Assembly: GCA_965243025.1 (NCBI GenBank)
Contig: CBDETY010000003.1
Coordinates: 3,616,001-3,680,000, forward strand
Direction of reading: 5' to 3'
DNA from: Candidatus Latescibacterota bacterium
GTDB lineage: Bacteria; Latescibacterota; UBA2968; UBA8231
DNA: 64,000 nt
In this document: one piece after another, positions 46,944-56,652 of the stretch
Position numbering within the stretch: the first letter of the stretch is position 1
How the letters are laid out: every line of letters starts with the position of its first letter
Made by a program: the position numbers and the translations under genes
The notes under the pieces: model-generated
The model's database searches: none
What the model was told of the DNA's origin: nothing
Seen by the model: the letters and a program-made list of their open reading frames with translations, nothing else

Positions 46944-47107
46944 TGCCCCGTCGCAGAAATATCTCGACATCGGGATGCCGATCCATCCCGGCTCACGGCG
47001 TTGCCTTCGCTCGCCGTACACCCTCGGTACGACTCGCTCAGGCGCCTTGTGAGCCGGGCGCCTCGGCCTCCCGATTTTGTCAATCTATCTCTGCGACGGG
47101 ACACTAG
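46940..47107. mobile_element. MITE-like non-autonomous element, 168 bp including flanking CTAG
   Basis: 22 bp terminal inverted repeats matching 20/22 (46940-46961 and 47086-47107); CTAG at both ends; internal 10 bp stem 46987-46996/47049-47058. Confidence 0.8.
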
Positions 47108-47202
47108 TGCCTGCCTGCGCAGTTCCGCGTGAATCCGGCCGCCGCTTCACGACGCGCGCAGGCACCGGCCGACCCCGGCTTCCTTAGCTGACTCGAAGAA
47201 AG

Positions 47203-49203
47203 ATGGCCCGGCTGGACAGGCAGGCGGGAACCGGCCTGCGGCAGCAGCACACGCCCTCCCCGGAGGGGGCCGTCACCTTGCGCGCCGTCCTGGTCGGCCT
47301 GCTCGTGGCCCTCTTCATCGGCCTGGCCACCCCGTACACCAACATGATCATCAAGGGGTCGCTGCTGGCGCACAACGCCAACACCCCGATCGCCCTGTTC
47401 ACCTTCTTCCTGTTCGTCGGGGTGCTCAACGTCGCCCTGCGGCTGGCGCGCAGGAGCTGGGCCTTCGACCCGGGAGAGCTGGCCACCGTATACATCATGG
47501 CCATGCTCGCCACCGCGGTGCCGACCGTCGGTTTCGCCGAGTACCTGCTGCCGATCATCGCCGGGGTCCACTACTACGCCACCCCGGAGAACCAGTGGGC
47601 TGAAATCGTCCACCCCCACCTGCCGGGCTGGCTGATCCCGCAGAGCGAGGAGGCGTCGCGCGGCTTCTACGAAGGCCTGCCCGAGGGCCAGCCGGTGCCC
47701 TGGGCACTCTGGGCGGAGCCGCTGATCGCCTGGTCGATCCTGATCCTGGCGGTCTTCTGGGTCTCGGCCTGCCTGATGACGATCCTGCGCAAGCAGTGGA
47801 TGGAGCACGAGAAGCTGCTGTACCCGCTGGTCCAGGTCGCCGTCGAGATGCTGCGGGACGACGAGCGCCGCTCGGCAATCAAACCGTTCTTCCGCAACCC
47901 GGTGATGTGGGCGGGATTCGCCCTTCCCCTCCTCGTCGGATCGATCCACTCCCTGCACTTCTATTTCCCCGCCCTTCCCGGCATGGGGAACTGGACTACG
48001 CGGCTCGCCATGTTCCGGGGCACCACCGACCTGCTGGTGATGTTCAACATCGGCGTCGTCGGCATCGCCTACCTGCTCAACCGCGACGTGGCCCTGGGGC
48101 TGTGGGTCTTCTTTCTGCTCGCCCACGCCGAGCGCGGCCTGTTCAACATCCTCGGCATCGAGAGCACCGAGAAGCTCAGCCGCTTCACCTTCGAAGGGGG
48201 CCCCTTCCTGGCGCACCAGACCATGGGGGCGATGATCGTCCTCGTGCTGTCGGGGCTGTGGATGGCGCGGGACCACCTGAAGCGGGTGTGGCGGAGGGCG
48301 TTCGCCGGGGGAGACGAGGAGGACGCCGGCGAGGTGATGTCGTACCGGACCGCGGTCACCGGCCTGCTGGCCGGGCTGGCGGTCGTCAGCATCTGGCTGT
48401 GGGCGTCGGGACTGCCCTGGTGGGTGGTGCCGGTCTTCCTGTTCGCCGTCTTCATCGTCTTCATGGCCCTGACCCGGGCCACGGTCGAGGGGGGGATGCC
48501 CCACATCCGCACGCCGCTGACCCCCGGGGACTTCGTCGTTTCCGGGGTCGGCACCCACGCCCTCGGCGTCTCGGGGGGAATCGCCCTCGGCTTCACCTAC
48601 GTGTGGGCGGCGAACCTGAGGATCTTCTTCATGATCTGCTTCGCCAACAGCCTGAGGATCGCCGGCGAGATCAAGGGCAGCAAGAGACCCCTGGTCGGGG
48701 CCGCGGCCCTGGCCGCCGCGGCGGCCCTGGCAGGGTCGGTGTACAGCATCGTCACCCTGGCGTACGCCCACGGAGGCATCAACCTGCAGGAGTTCTACTT
48801 CGTGTACGTGCCGCAGCAGGTGGGCAAGAACATGGCGATCGCGCTCACCAACCCGACCTTCCCCAGCGCCAGCGGCTGGCTCTTCACCGGCTTCGGCGCC
48901 GCGGTCATGGGCCTGCTGACCTGGGTGCGGGTGCGCTTCACCTGGTGGCCCATCCACCCGCTCGGGTTCGCCGTGACCGAGTACCGGCTGATGAGCTTCG
49001 TCTGGTTCAGCGTGCTGGTAGCCTGGGGGATCAAGTCGCTGGTGCTGCGCTACGGAGGTCCGAAGCTCTACAACCGCACCAGGCCGTTCTTCCTCGGCCT
49101 GATCTGCGGCCAGATCTGCGTCACCGGCTTCTGGCTGATCGTCGACTTCTTCACCGGGGCGCAGGGAAACCTGCCGCTCCCCTGGCACTCGTCGTTCGTG
49201 TAG
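47203..49203 (+). CDS. Polytopic membrane protein, DUF6785/DUF6784-like (putative transporter)
   Basis: Many transmembrane segments; RKQWMEHEKLLYPL, WWPIHPLG, KSLVLRYGG. Confidence 0.8.
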   Translation: MARLDRQAGTGLRQQHTPSPEGAVTLRAVLVGLLVALFIGLATPYTNMIIKGSLLAHNANTPIALFTFFLFVGVLNVALRLARRSWAFDPGELATVYIMAMLATAVPTVGFAEYLLPIIAGVHYYATPENQWAEIVHPHLPGWLIPQSEEASRGFYEGLPEGQPVPWALWAEPLIAWSILILAVFWVSACLMTILRKQWMEHEKLLYPLVQVAVEMLRDDERRSAIKPFFRNPVMWAGFALPLLVGSIHSLHFYFPALPGMGNWTTRLAMFRGTTDLLVMFNIGVVGIAYLLNRDVALGLWVFFLLAHAERGLFNILGIESTEKLSRFTFEGGPFLAHQTMGAMIVLVLSGLWMARDHLKRVWRRAFAGGDEEDAGEVMSYRTAVTGLLAGLAVVSIWLWASGLPWWVVPVFLFAVFIVFMALTRATVEGGMPHIRTPLTPGDFVVSGVGTHALGVSGGIALGFTYVWAANLRIFFMICFANSLRIAGEIKGSKRPLVGAAALAAAAALAGSVYSIVTLAYAHGGINLQEFYFVYVPQQVGKNMAIALTNPTFPSASGWLFTGFGAAVMGLLTWVRVRFTWWPIHPLGFAVTEYRLMSFVWFSVLVAWGIKSLVLRYGGPKLYNRTRPFFLGLICGQICVTGFWLIVDFFTGAQGNLPLPWHSSFV

Positions 49204-49349
49204 CGCCTCCGCGCAATTCCGCGGGAATCCGGCCTCCGCAACCATCTGCCTTCGCTCGCCGTAACCACCTGCACGACTCGTTCGGGCGCGCCTTGCGAGC
49301 CTGGCGCCCCGACTGCCACGCTGAACCCGGACTTGCCTGCGAAGGCACA
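49201..49349. repeat. Degenerate MITE-related repeat between convergent genes
   Basis: 17-mer tgccttcgctcgccgta (49247-49263) is identical to 47002-47018; 49201-49239 resembles 47105-47145. Confidence 0.6.
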
Positions 49350-49375
49350 ACCTCCCGCCCGGTCCTGACGGCTTT

Positions 49376-51337
49376 CTACTTGTAGTGGACGAGGTGACCC
49401 TGCACCGGGAACCAGATCACGTCGACGAACCCCGACAGGATCACCCCGGCGGCGTAGCCGATGCCGATCCCGTAGAACAGGGGCTTACCCGCCTGGTAGG
49501 CCCTGGCCCCGCCGTAGCGCAGCACCGTCAGCTTGACCAGCCAGACGATGAAGAGGCTGAACCAGTAGCTTTCCGGGCCCGTCGCCTTCTGGAAGGCGAG
49601 GCCTATCGGGTGCAGGGAAAACCAGTGAAAACGGCCGCGCAGGAAGGCCAGGAGCGCGGCCTCGAGGAACCCGGCGGACCAGATCCCCCACTTGCCGATG
49701 TCGAGCACCCGCGGGTTGTTCAGCAGGTTGGCGATCTGCGGGTAGACGTTGAAGGCGTAGGGCAGGTGCACGGCCCCGCCCTGGTCGTAGGCGACCTCGA
49801 TGCTCGACCAGGAGGTCACGAGGCTGCCGGCGGCGAAGGCGGCCAGGACTACGGCGCAGACCCGGAACGGTTGGCGGCGGAGCGAGAAAATCCGCAGGTG
49901 GTGGGGAATCGCCGGCCACGCCGGGATGCGCATGTTGCCGAAGAAGGCGTTGCTCGTGAACAGCTTGAAGGAGACGACGTTCCGGGTCGACAGGTTGGAG
50001 GAGCCGACCAGCTCGGTGATGAAGAAGGTCCCCTTGCAGTTGGCCCAGCTCGCCATCAGGTAGGTGAACCCGGTCGCGGCGATCAGCTTGGAAACCACGA
50101 AGAAGACCACCGTCATCAGCCCCAGGGAGGCGGCGGCGACCGGCACGCTCGCTCCCAGGCTGACCCCGAAGCCGACGACGTAGAGCCCGGAAAGGACCAT
50201 GGCGATCACCGCTGCCCGGTAGATGCGCACCTCGCGGCGGTCGCCGGCCCCGTGGAGAACGCAGGCGGCCACCTCGCGCAGGTGCCGGCGCGCCAGCCAC
50301 AGGGACCAGGCGGCGACCGCGAAAATGGCGCCGTAGCTCTCGAGGTCGAGGATGTCCGCCGAGCCCATGGTCTGCCCGGCCGAGCCGACGGTGAACCCGA
50401 CCTGGTTCATCAGCCCCATCTTGAAAACCGCCAGCCAGTAGAAGAGCACGAGGCTGCCGAGAATGTCCAGGGGGCAGAGCCAGGTCAGGGCCAGGACGAT
50501 CGGCAGCACCCGGAAGGTGACCGCCGGCAGCGGCTGCGGCAGCACGAGCTGGTAGCGCTTCTGGTAGAGCTCGATCAGCGGCAGCCCGGGGCTGAACCAG
50601 GTGCCGATGTTGTAGAGCAGCGGCAGGAAGACTATCCCGAAGCCGACCCAGAACAGGCGGGAGTAGAACAAGTCCGGCATGCGCCGCGGACCGTCGAACC
50701 CCCGGGTGAGGTCGATCGGCATCTGGGCGAGGGGAAAGCTCAGCTTCTCGTGCTCGATCCACTGGCGCTGGAACAGGATCATCAGCCCGAGGCCGAAGAT
50801 CACCATCGCCACCGAGGCCCCGATCCAGCGCGCCATGACCCCGGTCCAGGCGTCCCAGGGAAGCGGGGCCCCCTCGGGGAGACCGAGCCAGAAGGTGTCG
50901 ACGACGCGGGGGGAGTTCTCCGGCATCGCGTTCCAGGGGAGGTAGGGAAGGATGAGGGTCTCCCACTGGTTCTCCGCGGTGGCGTTGAACCCGGGGGCCC
51001 CGAGGATGGCGACCCAGTAGTCGCTCCAGCCCCACATCGGCAGGATGCCGGTGATCCAGGTCACCGAGAAGACGGTGAGCAGCTCGCCGCGGCTGAGGGC
51101 CGCCCACGGGATCAGGCGCTTGAGCAGGACGTTGAGGAAGAGCCACAGCACGAACGGCATGATCGCCATCATCGGGTAGTTCGAAAGCACGTAGGTGCCT
51201 GCCGAACCGGCCGTGATCCCGACGACTATGCTGTGGTACCAGTACCAGCCCGCTATCGTCGCGATGGCGACGACGATGCCGCGGATCGTGATCGAGGCGC
51301 GCTCGTCTTCCCGGGCCGTGGAGCGGGGTTGACTCAT
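49376..51337 (-). CDS. Second DUF6785/DUF6784-like membrane protein
   Basis: RQWIEHEKLSFPL, WFSLHPIG, KLTVLRYGG; homologous to 47203-49203. Confidence 0.8.
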   Translation of the reverse strand: MSQPRSTAREDERASITIRGIVVAIATIAGWYWYHSIVVGITAGSAGTYVLSNYPMMAIMPFVLWLFLNVLLKRLIPWAALSRGELLTVFSVTWITGILPMWGWSDYWVAILGAPGFNATAENQWETLILPYLPWNAMPENSPRVVDTFWLGLPEGAPLPWDAWTGVMARWIGASVAMVIFGLGLMILFQRQWIEHEKLSFPLAQMPIDLTRGFDGPRRMPDLFYSRLFWVGFGIVFLPLLYNIGTWFSPGLPLIELYQKRYQLVLPQPLPAVTFRVLPIVLALTWLCPLDILGSLVLFYWLAVFKMGLMNQVGFTVGSAGQTMGSADILDLESYGAIFAVAAWSLWLARRHLREVAACVLHGAGDRREVRIYRAAVIAMVLSGLYVVGFGVSLGASVPVAAASLGLMTVVFFVVSKLIAATGFTYLMASWANCKGTFFITELVGSSNLSTRNVVSFKLFTSNAFFGNMRIPAWPAIPHHLRIFSLRRQPFRVCAVVLAAFAAGSLVTSWSSIEVAYDQGGAVHLPYAFNVYPQIANLLNNPRVLDIGKWGIWSAGFLEAALLAFLRGRFHWFSLHPIGLAFQKATGPESYWFSLFIVWLVKLTVLRYGGARAYQAGKPLFYGIGIGYAAGVILSGFVDVIWFPVQGHLVHYK

Positions 51338-51377
51338 TCCGGGCCGGTGAGATTGCCGCGGATGCCCGCCGCGGGAC

Positions 51378-52241
51378 TCACCATTCCACGTCCATCAGGT
51401 CGCGCCCCCAGAAGACCGGACCGTCGAAGACCCCCTGCACCTCGGCTATCGCCCGGGTGGTCTCTTCCGGGGGCTCGAGGGTGACGGACTGGTGGTTGAT
51501 CACCAGCCTCCTGGCCCCGGCTTCGGCGGCCATGCGGCCGGCGCTCAGGGTGCCGGTCTCGGAGATCGCGCTCGGGTAGGTGCGGATCTTCTCCTCCCGG
51601 TGCACGGCCTCCATCACGAACAGGTCGGCGCCGCGCGCCAGCTCGACGACGGCGTCGGCGGGCGCGGTGTCGCCGCTGAAGGCGACCACCCCCTCGTCGG
51701 TCTCGAAGCGGAACCCGAAACACTCGATCCAAGGCTGCGCGTGCTTTACCGGGCGGGCGTGGCAGGTCCAGCCCTCTCCGTCGGCCACCTTGCCTTCCCC
51801 GTATTCGCCGACCTCGACCACGGGGGCCGGCCGCTCCCCTGAGCCGCCGCGCATGTGGAAGGCGTGGACGCTCATCGGGTGGTTGGTGCGGGCGAGGACG
51901 TCGTACCAGAACACCCCTTTTTCCTCGCTCCAGATCGCCCCGGTGATCTCCCGGATCGGCGGCGGTCCGTGGACGCGGAGGTCCGGCTCCGTGCCGACGC
52001 ACTGGTCGAAGCGGGTCATCAGGAAGCAGAGGTAGTCGGAGACGTGGTCGGAGTGCAGGTGGGTGAAGAAGAGATCGTTTATCGAGGTACAGGGGATTCC
52101 CATCCTGTACATCTTGTAGGTCGAGGCGGGGCCGCAGTCGATCATCAGGCGCTGGCCGCAGATCTCGAGGACGAAGCAGGTCCCCCAGCGGTCGGGGGTC
52201 CAGGTCGGAGTTCCCGCTCCGACGATTCTCAGTTTCGGCAT
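51378..52241 (-). CDS. RNase Z/arylsulfatase-like MBL-fold metallohydrolase
   Basis: ATG 52241; GAGTP, IDCG, THLHSDH, FSGDT, INH. Confidence 0.85.
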   Translation of the reverse strand: MPKLRIVGAGTPTWTPDRWGTCFVLEICGQRLMIDCGPASTYKMYRMGIPCTSINDLFFTHLHSDHVSDYLCFLMTRFDQCVGTEPDLRVHGPPPIREITGAIWSEEKGVFWYDVLARTNHPMSVHAFHMRGGSGERPAPVVEVGEYGEGKVADGEGWTCHARPVKHAQPWIECFGFRFETDEGVVAFSGDTAPADAVVELARGADLFVMEAVHREEKIRTYPSAISETGTLSAGRMAAEAGARRLVINHQSVTLEPPEETTRAIAEVQGVFDGPVFWGRDLMDVEW

Positions 52242-52375
52242 TTCCCTGCTCCCTGGAAGGTTCCCCCGGGTGTGGTCGCGGGGAGGGTTCCGGCCGGCGC
52301 GTCCCGGCCTTCGCCGGAGGGCGGTCCCGGGCCGGGGACGGACGCCCTCCCTTCGTCTCGAAACTCGCGGCCCTG

Positions 52376-53287
52376 CTACGGCACGTACGGCTGGCCGGTG
52401 CGGCGCAACTCCTTGGTCACCGCTATCTGGCAGGTCAGGTAGCCGCCCATGTACCCGGTGGCGAACCCGGGGCGGGCGTCGCCGATGGTGCCGACGATGA
52501 GATTGGCGTGCTCGACCGAGATCGAGTAGCGGTCGACGAGCAGGGCCACCATCTCCCGCCACGCCGCTTTCAGCGCCTCTGCCCAGGAATCCGCCTTCGC
52601 CCCGGTCAGCCACTCCTCCGGGGCCTCGACCACCCCGGTGGTCTCGACCACCGGGGTGCTGCAGGGAAAACCGGGTGAGCGGTCGACCTTCAGGGTCACC
52701 GCGGAGTCGATTTCCACGCCGGCCCCGGTCAGCTCGCCGTCCCCCATGCGGGCGTGAACGTCTCCGAGCGACAGCAACCCACCCGGCTTCTGGGCGCGGA
52801 TGTGGACGGTGCTGCCCGGCTGGATGGAGTTGAAGTCCATGTTGCCGCCGTGATCGATGGCGTTCGGGGCCCAGGACTCCAGCTGGATGACGCCGATCAT
52901 CGGCCGCGCCGGCACCACGAGGTCGGGCGGAAAGTGGATGAGACCGTCCCGCACCGGGGCGATGCAGCGCCAGTTGCCCCAGTTGGGTCCGCCGTTGCGG
53001 TAGAAGCCGTATGGAGCGGGCTTGACGTCGATGATCTCGACAGCCACCCAGTCGTCCGGCCCGATCCCCTCTATGGCGAAGGGACCGCCGGGACGCGAGT
53101 GGCGCGGGTGGGTTGCGGCGGCGGTGATCTGGCCTGCCCTGGTCTCCCCGGCAGCCTCGTAGTCGTGGTCGTTGCCGCCGATGGTTTCGATGACCACGGT
53201 TTCCCCGAGCTCGAGGGTTCCCCTCACCTGCCCGATTTCGGGGTCGTCCGGCCCGCTGTAGCAGGGTGTCCGGGTGAAGCGGCGCAT
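52376..53287 (-). CDS. Acetamidase/formamidase family protein
   Basis: GPFAIEG, PMIG, HGGNMD, LSLGDVHARMGDGE. Confidence 0.88.
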   Translation of the reverse strand: MRRFTRTPCYSGPDDPEIGQVRGTLELGETVVIETIGGNDHDYEAAGETRAGQITAAATHPRHSRPGGPFAIEGIGPDDWVAVEIIDVKPAPYGFYRNGGPNWGNWRCIAPVRDGLIHFPPDLVVPARPMIGVIQLESWAPNAIDHGGNMDFNSIQPGSTVHIRAQKPGGLLSLGDVHARMGDGELTGAGVEIDSAVTLKVDRSPGFPCSTPVVETTGVVEAPEEWLTGAKADSWAEALKAAWREMVALLVDRYSISVEHANLIVGTIGDARPGFATGYMGGYLTCQIAVTKELRRTGQPYVP

Positions 53288-53450
53288 ACAGGCCTCCCGT
53301 GTCTTAGATTTCCGGTTGCTTCAGGCGATTGACGCGGGGGAATTCTCCGCAAAGCTCACTCAGTGGTCAACCGGAGGAAACCGGCCCGGCCCGTTGGAAA
53401 GTCCGACCGGGCGGGGCCGGGGGAGCAACTTTTTCAGCGAGCTGCCAGGG

Positions 53451-54230
53451 ATGCGCGCCGACCATATCTCCAGCGGCGGAACGGAGGCGGCCATCGTCCC
53501 CGGACGCGGCGGGCTCGTCACCCGGTTCGCGGTCTCCGGACGCGAGATCCTCTTCCTCGACCGCGCCAGCTTCGAGGACCGCGGCCAGCCGGTCCGCGGC
53601 GGCATACCCGTCCTCTTCCCGTTCGCCGGCCGCCTCGCCGACAACCTGCTCCTGGCGACGGGAACCTCGCTCGGCCTGCACGGGTTCGCCCGCGATCTCG
53701 AGTGGACGGTCACCGGGCACGAAGGCGACCGCCACCGGATGGAGCTGGCGCCCGGTCCCGAGGTACTCGAGACCTACCCGTTTCCGCACAGGTTGACGCA
53801 GACGACCTGTGTCGCCGAAGGGGAGCTGTCGCTCTGCCTCGAGATCGAGAACAGGTCGCCGCGGCCGATGCCGGTTGCGCCGGGCTGGCACCCCTACTTC
53901 CGCTGCCCGAGGGAGAGCAAGGCCGCGGTCCGCTACGGCCTGGCGGACTTCCCCCGCCAACAGCTCGGCGACTCCTACGACTTCGGGCTCGAAGCGCCGT
54001 CCGAGGGGAGAATCGGTTTCGACATACCCGGGGAGGGAGCGGTCTCCATGTCCTTTTCCCCGGAATTCCGCCACCTGCAGTTCTGGACCCTGCCGCAGCG
54101 CGGCTTCATCTGCGTCGAGCCCTGGGACGGTCCCCCCGGGGTCATCAACAGCGGCCGCTGCCGCCTCGTCCCGCCCGGGGGGACGCTGGTCTACCGGATG
54201 CGGATTGCCCCGGCTGAGAGGGAGTCCTGA
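53451..54230 (+). CDS. Aldose 1-epimerase (galactose mutarotase-like) family protein
   Basis: RGGIPVLFP, HGFAR, GWHPYF, FICVEPW. Confidence 0.9.
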   Translation: MRADHISSGGTEAAIVPGRGGLVTRFAVSGREILFLDRASFEDRGQPVRGGIPVLFPFAGRLADNLLLATGTSLGLHGFARDLEWTVTGHEGDRHRMELAPGPEVLETYPFPHRLTQTTCVAEGELSLCLEIENRSPRPMPVAPGWHPYFRCPRESKAAVRYGLADFPRQQLGDSYDFGLEAPSEGRIGFDIPGEGAVSMSFSPEFRHLQFWTLPQRGFICVEPWDGPPGVINSGRCRLVPPGGTLVYRMRIAPAERES

Positions 54231-54235
54231 CCGGC

Positions 54236-55129
54236 ATGCCGCTGCAGGGCCGGATCGGCGAGCTGCTCGACAGGCTCGACGCGAGGACCTCGGCGTACGC
54301 CCGGCACCTGGCCTCCGGCGCCGAGATCGCGGTGCGCGCCGACGAGCCGGTCGACACCCTGAGCGTCATCAAGCTGCCGGTGCTGGTCCTCGCTTTCCGC
54401 GACGCCGAAGCCGGCAGGCTCGACCTCGCAAGCCGCTGCGCCGTCGGCCCGCAGGATCTCCGCAACGGCACCGGGGTCCTTAAACACTTCGAGCCCGGCC
54501 TGCAGCCGACCTGGGGCGATCTGCTGACCCAGATGGTCATCACCAGCGACAACACCGCCACCGATCTCGTCGTCGGCCGGGTCGGCCTGGAGCGCGTCAA
54601 CGGTCTGCTGAGCGAGCTCGGATACACGGAAACCCGCCTCCAGCACACCCTGGCCGACTACTTCCGCCGCCGCTGGGAGCTGCTCGATCCCGCCAACGCC
54701 TCGCTGTCCAACGCCGAGGTGTTCGAGCGCGGGTTCCCGCGCGACCCCGGAGCCCGGGAGCGCGATTTCGCCTTCGAAGGGGAGCAGGAGGAATGGCTCG
54801 GCCGCACCACGGCCCGCGAGACGGCGAACCTGCTGGCGCAGGTCGAGAACGCCGAGCTGGCCGGCCCCGAGTCGAGCCGGCGGATGATCGGGATTCTTCT
54901 GCGGCAGACCTTCGGCTCGCGGCTGCCGCGGTTCGTCGGGGACCGGGTCGCCATCGCCCACAAGACCGGGGACTGGGCTCCGCTTGCCGGCAACGACGCA
55001 GGCATCATCTACGCCGACAGCGGGGCGATCGCCGTCTCGGTGTTCGTCAACCAGAACCGCGGCGACTTCACCGAAGTCGAAGAAACCCACGGCCGCATCG
55101 CCGAGCTGCTGGTCGAGGCCTGGGGTTAG
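54236..55129 (+). CDS. Serine hydrolase of class A beta-lactamase-related family
   Basis: SVIK, SDN, HKTG motifs; no signal peptide. Confidence 0.85.
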   Translation: MPLQGRIGELLDRLDARTSAYARHLASGAEIAVRADEPVDTLSVIKLPVLVLAFRDAEAGRLDLASRCAVGPQDLRNGTGVLKHFEPGLQPTWGDLLTQMVITSDNTATDLVVGRVGLERVNGLLSELGYTETRLQHTLADYFRRRWELLDPANASLSNAEVFERGFPRDPGARERDFAFEGEQEEWLGRTTARETANLLAQVENAELAGPESSRRMIGILLRQTFGSRLPRFVGDRVAIAHKTGDWAPLAGNDAGIIYADSGAIAVSVFVNQNRGDFTEVEETHGRIAELLVEAWG

Positions 55130-55284
55130 CCGGGGAGCACGTTCATCCGCGCGGGTCCCGCAGGGGCATCGTCATTGCTGACCGCGGGAGAACCGCCTGC
55201 AGGGGCCGGGCAGGTCCGGACACCTCGCAGAGAGGTTGCGGGGGAGAGCGACGGCCGCCCCGCATCCCGACGGCCCCTCCCTTC

Positions 55285-56115
55285 TCAGCCTTCGTCGCTC
55301 CAGTCCTCGCAGCGCCTCACCGCGAGGTCGTCGAGGCTTTCCTGCCGTTCCTCGACCATCTCGATCCTCACCGTCGTCTCCAGCAGGTCCCCGGGACCGG
55401 CGTCGCGGCCGAAGAGGTGGAAGTACTGCGAGTTGTGGTAGCCGTTGTACCCCGAGAGCCCGATGCAGTCCCGGCGCCTCGCCATCGAGATGACAGAGGG
55501 ACCGAAGCGGTGCTGCTGCGTCATAAGCGGCAGCGCGTAGTCCGGTCCCAGCATCCAGTTCTGGGACGGCTTCGTCATCCAGCGCCCGTCGAGGAAGATG
55601 CGGCGCGCCCCGTCGTCGCGGGGCCACGCCTCGTCGTTGAACTCCCCGCACCAGGCGGTCTCGTACCAGCGCATCCCGACCGCCGGGTCGACGCTCGCGT
55701 CGCGCAGCGCAAAGCGCGGCTTCAGGTAGGGGTTGAAGTAGCTCGAAACGAACAGCTCGTAGGCCGCGTAGGCCTCCAGGGCTTCGGCCTGAATCCGCAT
55801 CTCGACGGCGAGCTGATCGGGGAAAACGCGGTAGCGCACCGCAAGGCGGACGTTGTTGTCGGGACACGGGGGCCAGCGCACCACCGCGTCCCCCTCTTCG
55901 ACAGACACCTCGGCCTTGCGCTGGCGCACGATATCGATCTGGCGGCCCCCGGCGGCGGCTCGATAGATGCTGAGCCAGGCGAACTCCGGCCCTTCGTCGA
56001 GGTGGAAGTGGGTCCCTTTCGACAGGCGGATTCCGTTGCTGCCGAGAACGGTGACCGACCAGTCTCCCATCGGGGACCGGGTCGTGTCAGGTGGCGCGTA
56101 AGGGGCAAACGACAT
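55285..56115 (-). CDS. Hypothetical protein (possibly beta-sandwich)
   Basis: ORF with GAGGAA RBS and backbone-like codon bias; YELFVSSYF, HNSQYFHLFG. Confidence 0.65.
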   Translation of the reverse strand: MSFAPYAPPDTTRSPMGDWSVTVLGSNGIRLSKGTHFHLDEGPEFAWLSIYRAAAGGRQIDIVRQRKAEVSVEEGDAVVRWPPCPDNNVRLAVRYRVFPDQLAVEMRIQAEALEAYAAYELFVSSYFNPYLKPRFALRDASVDPAVGMRWYETAWCGEFNDEAWPRDDGARRIFLDGRWMTKPSQNWMLGPDYALPLMTQQHRFGPSVISMARRRDCIGLSGYNGYHNSQYFHLFGRDAGPGDLLETTVRIEMVEERQESLDDLAVRRCEDWSDEG

Positions 56116-56199
56116 GCGTGTTCCTCGCTTTCAATACCGGCCGCCCAGGCCGGAATGGTTGCTCAGTTTTATTTGGCCCGGGGGGAAGACCCGGACCGG

Positions 56200-56652
56200 T
56201 CACTTGTTCCGGCGCAGTCCGGAGGCGGTGAGGGCGAGTCCGGCCAGGAAGCAGAGCGCCCCGACCGGTACCAGTAGAATGCCGATGAACGGGTCGCCGC
56301 CGTGGGTCCAGATTCCCCCGAGAAAGAACCCCAGGGGAAGGAGCACTGCCGCTGCCATAAGCAGCGGGGAGGCTTTCGCCAGGCGCTCGGCCGCGGCGTC
56401 CTCCTGGCTCCCCGAAACCAGGGCGTACAGGATGTTGACGATCGCCAGCAGCCCCCCGTGGGCGTGGGCGAGCCTCCACATCAGCCGCCGCACCTCGTTC
56501 CCGACGTCGAGGTACCACCCGATCTTGAAACCGTGCATCGTCTCCAGGGCGATCCCCAGGGTCGCGAAGAGGAGCAGGGCGAACCATCCGAAGCGCATGT
56601 TGCGGCCGGCAATCCGCCGGGCGTCCCTCGTGGAATCCATCTTTCCCCTCAC
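56200..56652 (-). CDS. Small four-helix membrane protein with WRLAHAHG motif
   Basis: Four hydrophobic segments; GTG overlaps the cytochrome stop (alternative ATG at 56640). Confidence 0.75.
   Translation of the reverse strand: MRGKMDSTRDARRIAGRNMRFGWFALLLFATLGIALETMHGFKIGWYLDVGNEVRRLMWRLAHAHGGLLAIVNILYALVSGSQEDAAAERLAKASPLLMAAAVLLPLGFFLGGIWTHGGDPFIGILLVPVGALCFLAGLALTASGLRRNK

Noticed and set aside
54236-55129. Beta-lactam resistance gene
   Set aside because: SxxK, SDN and KTG are present, but there is no signal peptide or recognisable omega-loop Glu motif; a generic hydrolase is more likely.
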